64,000 nucleotides of DNA from Eremomyces bilateralis CBS 781.70 (lineage: Eukaryota): the NCBI GenBank assembly GCA_010015585.1, contig ML975180.1. One strand, written 5' to 3'. Under the pieces are notes generated by a model. It worked only from the letters and a program-made list of their open reading frames with translations. It did not search any database and was not told the origin of the DNA. How positions within the stretch are numbered: position 1 is the stretch's first letter; each line of letters starts with the position of its first letter. The position numbers and the translations under genes are program-made. Positions 12,575 through 23,054 of this stretch are shown one piece after another.

Positions 12575-13141
12575 ATGTCTGAAATGGAACCGAAACCCCA
12601 GGCAACCTTCCCATTCAAAAGGCACCCTTCCACCTCCCCATTCATCCTGACTGTGCGGGACTTCTTAGCCGAGCGTCCCAACGCAGGATACAAATTAATC
12701 GGCACCGACGCCCTCGTCTTCGACCGCTCGACCCCTGATCCCCGAATCCTCCTCGTGCAACGCGCCGGGCACGACAGCATGCCGAACCGATGGGAAGCCC
12801 CCGGCGGCGGGTGCGATGCGGAAGACGAGAGCATCCTGCACGGGGTGGCGCGGGAACTGTGGGAGGAAACGGGGCTCCGGGCTACGGAGATCGGGCCGGT
12901 GGTGGGCGAACCCAATGTGTTTACCAGCCGGTCGGGTAAGGAGATCGGCAAGTTTCACTTCATGGTGCAGGTGGAAAAGGGGGAAGGGCCGTTGGAGGTG
13001 AAGTTGGACCCGGAGGAGCATCAGCAGTGGGTGTGGGCGAGCGAGGAGGAGGTAAAGGCGAAGAAGGTGGGAGGTATAGAGCTGGAGTTCACGACGGAGA
13101 ACATGGAGAATATGGTGCTAGAGTCATTTAAACAAGTCTGA
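12575..13141 (+). CDS. Nudix hydrolase, intronless
   Basis: Nudix box WEAPGGGCDAEDESILHGVARELWEETG, plus ILLVQRA and LDPEEHQQWVW. Confidence 0.92.
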   Translation: MSEMEPKPQATFPFKRHPSTSPFILTVRDFLAERPNAGYKLIGTDALVFDRSTPDPRILLVQRAGHDSMPNRWEAPGGGCDAEDESILHGVARELWEETGLRATEIGPVVGEPNVFTSRSGKEIGKFHFMVQVEKGEGPLEVKLDPEEHQQWVWASEEEVKAKKVGGIELEFTTENMENMVLESFKQV

Positions 13142-15568
13142 AGAAGAAGACGGATGCTTCCATACGTACATTTACGCCTCTCGAAACTTAGCGCCGAGGC
13201 GTTAGGGCATACATATATAATGACCTCTAGACTCCAGTCTCGTTTATAGCTCCTACTGTGTTGAAAAATGTGAGCTCTGAGTGAAAGTTGTGAGCGAAGG
13301 TAAGTTTCAAAGGTCCCTCAATTACCACTTTCTCCGTTGCTAGCGGTATGGAAACAGCCGCTCAAAGAGAGGTCCTTACCCGCTCGATAGTCCACCAGCC
13401 ATTGAAGAGCTCGCGCTGGTGTTAGTCGGTTAGGTTGAGGAGCTTCACAAAAGGCACTGAATTTAGCTGCTCGCTCTGTGTATCTTCCGGTCCCGAGGTA
13501 CTCCTCAGGGGTTATATAAAACAAGAACGGGAGGTAGACTCGTATCTGATTAGGCACATAAGTGAGTACGCCACTGATGGATCCGACCCGGACTCCACGT
13601 CCTGTTGCCATTTCCGTCACGATGTAGCCCCGGCAGATCTAGTCGAGATTTTTCGGTCACTGCTCGTGAAGTGCCGACTTTCTAGGAGCTAAAATGCCTC
13701 CTGTCTCCGAATCCCCAGGTTCTAGGATTCCTCCATCGCATGTACTTTTCGCCACCTTCCTCTTTGTCTCGACTGAGGAAATCGTTCGGGAAGCCTTTGG
13801 TGTTGCCGGTGGGGATTGCATGGCCAACTGGAAACGGCTGAGAAACTATCCGTCGCTTATAATTGTTGTAACAATAGCGGCTTGGACTCTCGACACTCAA
13901 AATCCATTGGATCGGCTTCAGAGTTTTCTTCCTGGGGTTTCACAAGATGCTGTCCGCCACATTCCAAAACGGATCGAACCAAGGCAATATTGCCCAGGTA
14001 AATCGTACCCGCTTAAATTCGAATTCAGCACTAGGCTTACTGCCTAAAGCCCGCTGGGAAGGATGAAGGATACAAAGGTAGTATTAATCTGACTGGAGAA
14101 GATCGTCATAGTTGGGAGGCATAACGCATTGACGATCCCGCGAACGAGCAGTCTCACAGAAGGGGTGTGAGACCAATTCCATTCTCGGTCGTGCGTTATA
14201 TATCCGTTGGAAGAGTTGTAGGCAACGAATAGTCGAATACACAGGCACGTACATCATTGTTGTGCCTCCGTCCCACTCGAAAATCCTATGTATTAGGAGA
14301 GTATTAGCACCTTCTGACTAAACTAGTCAGGTTATGCAGGGTGGTTGATGATGATTGTCTGATTTAATGATATGCCACTCAAAACGGAACCCATCAGGTT
14401 CTGACGACATCCATAAGTATATTCAACATGTAAGGTAAGAAAACAGGAAAACTCCGGGGTGGAATCAAGTGATGCTCCCTCACCATAGACGTCCACCTCC
14501 ACCTGACGTAAATTAAGACTCGCAATTATCGACTTATTCAGAAAGGGCATGTAAAACGACCCTTCTACATTTAGAGGCAAACGTGATGATAATTGAAAGA
14601 ACGACTACGAGGTTTTGACCCCCTGGGGGAATACTTGAGGACCATCAATTGTGTCTACCTCGAGGTGGTATAGACAATAATTAGTGAGAACAAGTGCTGG
14701 ATGTGGTAGTAATAGCTGCCACCGTTCAGCAGATGCATGTTGCGATGCATGGTGTTGTTTTCGTGATTGGGTAATGGATATGATTCCATTTTGGCGACGG
14801 ATCGAATAACTGTACCATTTGATACGTGACTGGATTATAACTGAACGTCGACATGAAACTGGGTTGACGAATATCTATATTAGAACAATTTCTTAATCCC
14901 TACGTTGGAAAATACATGATCCAGTCTATTCACTTATAGGAAAGTTGAGTCCTGAAAAGCCTAATACACCATGATTGATCTTGAGGATGTATGTAAGAGG
15001 ATTAAATTACTACAGAAAAATGAGCTGGAGATTTGGAGTTGTGGACTGACGTCAGGTGGTCTCAAGGGGCAACGGTGGCTGGCACCAGCCTGGGTCTCTG
15101 AGGCTGCAGGAAATGCCCGTGTATGGCAAGGGGGGTGGCTGGGCGCCACTCCAGCTGTGTCTGTCACTGCACCTCCAAATCTTCCTATCACCAACCTCTC
15201 CTCAACAAAGCTTCTCTTGTCTATTGAGGGCTCCAATACGGAATATATGGATCTGGTAAGCATTCGGATAGTAGAGGGTAGTACGCATTATCTACCCCAA
15301 CATCCCGCCTTCCTTATTGTTCCTAGGAAATGGACGGCTGGGCGTTATCATCCACAAGTATCAGTATAATATCCATACCCGTACAGTGGCTCGTTCTCGT
15401 CGCACAATTTACTCTTGTTCCAGTTTTTTCAAGTCATTAATACCTGTGTAATTGCAGTCGGTTCTATGCTTGGAGCTCGTATTGTACAAAGCATCACTCA
15501 ATCTGTCTCAAATTATCCTTGCCTGGAGTTTCCTGTCTCTTATAGAAGTCGAGCGTACATTGTCGAAA

Positions 15569-16339
15569 ATGCAGCGAAGAAACCTCATCTTTCTTGCGCT
15601 ATCAGCGCTCTGCCGCGCCCAAGTCTTCTAGTACGTCCCCACGTCCCTCTCCTATCCAGTAGTATGCCATCTTACTGAAACCTCCCATAGCAACAAGACG
15701 TCCGGCGCATTCGTCTGCACCAAGGCCAACGCCAACTTCTGCGCCGGCGACAGCCTCCAAACAGATGTCATATTCCGCTGCAACGCCTCCGCCCTGGCCA
15801 TCCCCGACCTCTGTTCTAACAACCTCGCCGACGTGCCCGAGGTAGGCACGAAACCCGCCGCCCTCTGCTACCAGGGCGACCCCACCTCGGGAACCGCGAC
15901 ATGCGAGTACCACGGCATCGCCTATCCCGAGGACGGGAGCGACCCGTACTCGATCCCAGCAGGCGACGGCACAGCGCTTCCCCCTCCAACGAACAGCGCC
16001 CCTCCGCCGCCGGCCACGAACTCCACGGCGCCGCCGGCCGATTGCCCGACCACGGTCGTCCCTCCGCACAACTATACCCGCACGCCCTCGTTCACCTTGT
16101 CCTCGCCGATCGGGACGGGTACGGGAGGTCCCAGGCCGCCGTACGATGGAAATAACACGTCCAAGCCGGGTCCCCCGGGCACCACCATCACCCCCTCTTA
16201 CCGTACGCCGGTGGGTCCATCAGGCACGACTGGCGGCACGCGCCCGCCGAGCTTTACAGGCGGAGCGACTTCGGTGCTGTGGTCAAATGCTGGAATGGGT
16301 GCGGTGGTGGGGTTAATCTTGGCGGCCGTTGGGTTATGA
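15569..16339 (+). CDS. Secreted, probably GPI-anchored Cys-rich protein with Pro/Thr stalk; intron 15631-15690
   Basis: Signal peptide MQRRNLIFLALSALCRAQ. After the GTACGT..CATAG intron comes a 6-Cys domain (FVCTKANANFCAGDSLQTDVIFRC...), a P/T/S-rich region and a hydrophobic C-terminus (FTGGATSVLWSNAGMGAVVGLILAAVGL). Confidence 0.8.
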
Positions 16340-16995
16340 TGGCCGGTGATTGCGAAATGTTTATGAGGAAGCGACTCTAATGATATATATGTAATACGAC
16401 CTCCTAGATGGTTACGTGGGATGTTGGGACGAGGAATACACGGTAATCTTAATGTAATGAATGGGTAGCCGGTACATAGGGTGGGCGCGGGATTGGATCA
16501 ATGGCGTGGAAAAGGTCAGCTATGAGCGGATTGAATTTGATACATTTTATTGCATTATCGGCAGCAGCATTCCGAAACATGGAAAAGGTTTTTCACTGCT
16601 TGCTGAATGACATATGTAGTAATCCGTGTATGTGCAGGACCATCTGAGGCGCCTTGAATGCCAACTTACGCCAATCCCAAGCACCCCTTCATAGCCCGAC
16701 CATAGGCGCCCGTCGTTCCAACCGAAATCATTCCCAATTTCATCTCCATGGGTAACGCAACGATGCTCATACTCTGATCGTGGTGGAGAATCCAAATATC
16801 CGAACCTGGGTCTCAAAATCCCTCGTCGAACCGACCAGAACGTAGGAAGGAGTAGCTTGACCAGCTGGATCGAGGGCAGGAACTCAAGTGCTTTGCACGA
16901 GCTCAACCGCACTCAGAATCCATCCGGAAAGCACACTCGTATTCCAACTCCGAAGTCCGGCTTCAATGCGTTCAATCTCTCCCGAGCCACCCCAC

Positions 16996-19900
16996 TCACG
17001 GATTCTGATGAAAACTCCACCCCCCCTCCTTCACCAACTTCTCCCTCGCCTCCCGATCCTTCCTCCGCTCCTCCTCCGTTAGCCGATCGTTCCCGCTCCA
17101 ATTCGCGCTGCTCGTGCGGTCGCGGAACCGTTTGTGCCGATCTTTGTTCTTGAAGATCTCCTCCATCTGCAGCGGCGCGATCGGCCCGAAGATCTGCTCC
17201 GGGTCCACCAGCTGCTGCTGTTGCAGTAGGGAGTTGAGCGCGGGCGAGTTCACCCAGGATGGGGCGACAAATTCGTTCTCGGAGTCCTCGTCTTCGCTGT
17301 CGGTGGCGATCTCGGGGAGTGCGATGGATTCTCCGGGCGGGAGAGCCGGGGAGGATTTGCTGGTGGTCGCGACTGCGGTGGAGGCGGCCGGTCGACCAGG
17401 CGTCTTGAACTGCTGTGGGGCGTGCGATGGGTTGGAAGGCCCGGCAGGGGGATTTGGCGCATCGGCAAAGGGGATGCGTCCGCTTGCAAACTTGGCGTTA
17501 TCAGGAATTTTCCCGTGCTGCAGATTATGCTGTGCCGTAACCGCCGATTTGAACATGGACGGAGCATGTGCTGGAGCCTGAGTAGCGGGGACATATCCAT
17601 GCGTGAATTTGCTTGGTTCCTGCTTATTGTTAGTGCGATTGAAACAATGGATGGATGGAGGAATGGGTCATTACCTTGCGAATGTTGGATTGGCGAATCG
17701 GTGGCGCCATGACCGACCGTCGGTTCTCAACGTCTTCGTCCTCAATGTCTTCGGTCTTTCGGCGCTTGGTATCGAGTTGCTGGAATGGCGGCCCTTGTCG
17801 TGGGACTGGTCGAGGAGCGGACTCATCCTCCGCATCTTGTTGATACAGACGCTTGGGAGGCTTCGCCGGGTTTACATGGGGAACGACGCCGCCGCCGGGC
17901 TTAGTGGACATTGGCCTTGGCCCCGTCAAATCGGATCGAGGATGGGGTGGATGACCATGAGATTTCTCTTGCTGCAAAGCGGACGCAAGATCATTGCCGG
18001 GCCGACTTGGGGGACGCATCGCATCCTTCCGCTGCTGTTCCTGGCGCCTTCGAGCCTCTTCGGCCTTTTTCTGTGCTGCTTGTCGTGCCTGTTGAGCGCG
18101 CTCGGCTTCCGCTGCTTTCCGCTGCTGCTCGAGTCGACGGTCCTCTTCGGCCTTGGCCTGGCGCCGTTGCTCCAGCTCCCGCTTCTGTTCCGCCTTTCGT
18201 TGTGCGGCCTTTTCGTCCTGCTCTTTCTTCTTCATTGCTGCTTCAAGTGCTCGGGGTCGGCCCTTGATGCTGCCAGTGGATGAGGCGGAGTGCAGAGACG
18301 GATTGCTCGCCTTGGTGGATATTCCCGGTTGCTTTGATGGTGGAGCAGGACCCAAGGAATCTTGCAATGATGCCGACAGTGCTGCCGTGCTCGGTTGGAG
18401 TTGGCCGATACGCTGCGAGGCAAGTTTGATCGAGACCGGCGCCGGTCGGGTCTTCAAATTCTCACGGCTGGGCTTAAATAATTTGCGTGGTTCCCGGGAC
18501 TTTGATTGTGAGGTTGGGAGCAGACTCTTCGGGGGCGGAGGAGGTGGCATCTCATCCGCCACCTTGTTTCGTTCGGTGTCGGACCCGGCCTGACTCGTTG
18601 CTCCAGAGCGAATGCTGCTGGCCGCCTGTTTGGCCTTCGCTGTAGTCTTTGACTGCTGCATTTTCTGAGCGGTCGCTCTCTGGCTTTCCTTCTCCCGCGC
18701 CTTCTGGAGCCCCGCCTCCATCTTCCGATGTTCTTTGGCCTCCTTTTCCTTTCGCTTCTCCTCTCTCTCGCGTTCCGAAGAGCTCCGCAACCGACGCCCT
18801 TCATATTCACGGCTGGGACTCTTGGAGGACGGTCCCGACGCAATGGATTCGCCGAGGTTGGGATACAATGCATATGTCGGCTGAACATTGGGATTGGGAC
18901 TGAGAGGGCCGTTCTCCATGATGGTTCGCTCTCGCCGCGGACTTGGCATTGGAGACAACGCTTCCATCTTGGCCTGTGCGCTGATTCCCGCGCTGCTTGC
19001 AAATATTCCTTTGGCAGACTTTAGCACAGAGTAAAGTTTGGCTTTGGATGCACTTAAGGGGCCGTCGCCGAACCGCTTACCAGTGGGAGACCCGGCCGGA
19101 GTGGTGGACTCGAGGCCGGCTCGCAGGTCAGGATTCGAGACGGAGAATGCTTTCTTGTGCGACGCTTCTAGCGCCATAGCCGGTCGAAGTGGCGACGGGA
19201 CAGCCGACGAGGAAACCGATTTGCCATGCCCAAAAAGGAACCCTGGGCGAGAAGGAGATGTGGGATTGGTCGAGGCCTTGACAATAGGCATTTGGGTTGA
19301 AGGATGTTCCTCGTCCACCACAGTCTTGATCGTCTCCTGCGAGCGCGTCTTGAAGACCTGGGGTCGTTGCATCTCCTCAGCAAGGGGTTTATATTGCACC
19401 GGTGCGATCCAGTCATCTTCGTCATCTAAAGAATTGACCAGTTCACGCTCGGCTGCTACATCTTTGGGTGGGACTGGTGGTGGTGATGGCTCAGAATGAA
19501 CCTTGTCCGAGTTCGATGAAATGTTGGGATACTGAGGCTGCGGATTGACCGTGATCGACTTGGACGCCCTTGGTTCCTTCGACTTCCCAAGCATGTTGAT
19601 CTTGTCGGCGAGTCTCTGAGTGGAAGTTTTGTGATGCATTCGAGTCGTTTCCGACTCTTCACGAGGGAGAGACGGAGGCATGGTATCATCGTCCACGTCC
19701 ATATGATCCGAGGTCGGTGCATTGGAGGTGCGTGCCAGTTGTGGACCGCCCAAACTCTTACCTCCAGTAAACCGTCCCAGTTGACTGCTCCTGCCATTGA
19801 AGGGGTTGGTTCCCGACGTCCTCCCGCCGATGCTCTTCATATGCGGCTCGCGACCCGGCAGCGCTGCGAAAGTCATGCTGCTTTTGCGAAGCAGCGGCTT

Positions 19901-20834
19901 CACAGGGCTTGAACCATCAGAGGGCGAGTGCGTACCATCGACGTCCATAGTTTCGTTTTCATCCCCAGTTCCCCCCATTTCAATATCCTGGTCTTCCGGA
20001 GCCGTTGCTGGCTCGGCTTGAGGACGGGGACTCGCGCGTGGAAGATTCTCTTTGTCGACAAATACATCATCGGATGCTGCTTTAATTGCGGCCTCCCTGG
20101 CGACCAAATCCTCTTTTGCAGACACAAACGAATCATCCGTTACGTCGCGATCTTGTATGTTTTGGGGTGTGTTCGTTAGTACGGGAGACTTAATGGCCGA
20201 CTGTTGCGAGGTACACAATGTCGAGGATTGGCTCAGTGTTGCTGGTGGAGCCGGGTCGACGTGCATTTCATAATGCGAGGGCTCATGGTATCCTGAGTCG
20301 ACATTTTCTTTGCCCGCGCCGATAGCTTTGTTTGGGCTCTTGCGTGCGGATGTGGGCGGTCGGTTCTCAATATCCTCCGCCACTTGGAATATAGGATTCT
20401 TTGTGGCCAATGATTTATGTAGCGGGCTAGGATTAGCTTGTGGATTCGGTGCAAATAGATCGCTGAGCGGCTGCAAGCAGTTAGATATCGCCCAAGCCAA
20501 GAGGTACGCAAACATACTGCTCTCTTTTCAAGCGCATTGCGCTTCCTCGCAGTACGAGGAGTCTTCCCTCGAAGTTTTCCTGGTGTCTTGAAAACATCGG
20601 TAACGTTTCTGTGGTTGAGATCAGTCTTGATGGAGCGTAAACAACATCGCGTTGAGCCTACATGTTCCTCCCCGAGAAGACATCGTTCATATGCTCATTC
20701 AACCACTCCAAATCATTTCGCACGGAGTAGCTGAACTCTTCCACTTCCTGGTCAATGAGTTCCTGAGCCTGCTCATTCTCGTTGAGCAGCCATTGGGCCG
20801 ACCCGATCGAGGCTTTCGATCGTAGCATCGTCAT
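16996..20834 (-). CDS. Inner centromere protein INCENP/Sli15/Pic1 (chromosomal passenger complex), 4 exons
   Basis: N-terminal EVEEFSYSVRNDLEWLNEHM helix, long S/P-rich disordered middle, charged coiled coil, and C-terminal IN-box (LPEIATDSEDED...WVNSP...IFG...MEEIF...RFRDRTSSANW). Confidence 0.87.
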
Positions 20835-21516
20835 TGTCAACAAAGCACGCGTCGCGCGGCGAGAGGTGTAAACAGAGAGTCGCAACAAAGAATTGCGGAT
20901 GATTTATAGGGAGAGCATGATGATTTCAAGAGAGTCGATAACCAAAAGCCACTTGGATCAAAAAGCTAGAAGCAAGAAGCTGTTGTGAAGATGTGCACGA
21001 GGTGATGATGGTGCAAGATTACCGGCGAGGACGAGGGTGTTGTTTGGATGTGGTGCTCTACGTACCACAGATGGTGACAGGGGTACTCCTTAGTAAGCAA
21101 TTTTAAGCTGTGCCACACTACTGCGCCATTGAACAAAACACGTGATGCTTAAGATTCGAAGGCCACAAGGCATCAAGACTCACAACTGCCAACCGAACCA
21201 ATGAAATCCAGCCAATGGAGGTAGTCGGTTGACAGGCCAACCCCCCGAGGCCGGCAACGTAACGGCACCCGGACCGATTGACGGCAATCCTCGGGAATAG
21301 CGTGGGGATATTGAAATGCTCCTTTACTTTCATTCATGATCCTGGATTCCATTTGCATATCTACTATAGCTTTAACAAGAAGGTTTTATATATTCGCGGA
21401 CTTAATTGGGCTTTTCACGGACCATCTCCTGTATCTTGTTCGGTTCTATAAAGCTTCGTTGCACGACTCTTGTATGGGTGCCGATATCCTTGATTCCTTT
21501 CAGCCATAAGCACAGA

Positions 21517-23001
21517 ATGTCTTTCTCCTCGCGGACTCTTTTTTCCTTATCAAGATCGGGGACACGAATAGCCTCCAAGGCAACCCCGCAATGTATTGCA
21601 CGTCAGGCACGTTGCTTTTCAGCGACGTCTCCGTCTCGGATCATGGAGCTGTCCGGCTTCTCCGAAGAGCAGCTGGCAGTCCGAGATGCCATCACTAAAA
21701 TCTGCTCGGATTTTCCGGACGAGTACTGGGCCAAGCATGATGAATCGGGTGAGTACCCTCACGGTCTCCACGCAGCGCTGGCCCGAGACGGTTGGATCGG
21801 AATTGCATTGCCGGAAGAGCTGGGAGGCGCGGGACTCGGCATTTCGGAGGCGACGATGATGCTCCATACCATCTCGGAGAGCGGAGGTGGCATCGCTGGC
21901 GCGCAATCAATACACGCCAATGTCTACGCGACGCAACCGGTGGCTAAGTTTGCCTCCGCAGAGCAACGGCAACGATGGCTGCCGGAGTTGATTAGAGGGG
22001 AGAGGAGGGTATGCTTTGGCGTCACGGAGCCGAACACGGGGCTCGAGACGCTGAAGCTGCAAACGACGGCCAAGAAAGATGGGGATTCGTACAGTGTCAC
22101 GGGGCAGAAGATTTGGATCTCGTCCGCGCAGGTAGCGACTAATATGATTCTGCTGGCGCGTACGACGCCGCTGGACCAGGTGAAAAAACCGTCGGAAGGA
22201 CTGTCGTTGTTCTTCATTCCCCTCGATAAATCTCAACCGGGTCTTGAAATGACTAAAATCAAGAAGATGGGTGGTCGAGCGATCGATGCCAACCAAATCT
22301 TCTTCGACAACTATCGGATACCTGCCGATTCACTGATTGGTGAAGAAGGCCAAGGCTTCAAGATCGTATGTTCCCATCTTCAGCTAATTTTGGAACTTAA
22401 GTTAACACTGCGGCTGCTCAGGTTCTTCATGGCATGAATGCCGAACGTTGTCTCCTCGCCGGAGAAGCATTGGGACTCGGCTACGCCGCCCTTCAAAAGG
22501 CGGCCACCTACTCGCGCAACCGAGTGGTGTTTGGTCGACCGATTGGGCAGAATCAAAGTATTCAACATCCGTTGGCATCGGCATACATGCATCTGGAAGC
22601 CGCGAAACTGGCCACGTATCATGCTGCCAGATTGTACGACAGGAGCAAAGAAGACAAAAGCATCACGGCGAAAGCTGTCGGTGTTGCCGCAAACAGCGCG
22701 AAGTACTTGGCAGCCGAGGCAGCCTTCACGGCGTGTGAGAGGGCGGTGAGTGTTGCCCCAGCTTTACACTACAGGAGTCATACTGACGACGAATAGGTCA
22801 TGACCCATGGAGGAATGGGTTATGCGCAAGAATTCCATGTCGAGAGATACCTGCGGGAATGCTTTGTTCCGAGAATTGCCCCCGTCAGCCGGGTAAGTGG
22901 TCAATACGGATCATAAGGAGACAAATCACTGACTTTCATTGTAGGAGATGATCATGAGTTTCGTGGCTGAAAAGGTGCTTGATCTCCCCCGCAGCTACTA
23001 A
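21517..23001 (+). CDS. Acyl-CoA dehydrogenase with mitochondrial presequence, 4 exons
   Basis: LPEELGGAG, CFGVTEPNTG, GQKIWIS, GMNAER, RVVFGRPIGQNQSIQH, HGGMGYAQEFHVERYLRE. The N-terminus is Arg/Ser-rich. Introns start near 22366, 22746 and 22893. Confidence 0.92.
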
Positions 23002-23054
23002 TTGTCATCCCGTCGTGGCCAATCCAAACGCTCGTCGTCCATCAGGAGACACTG

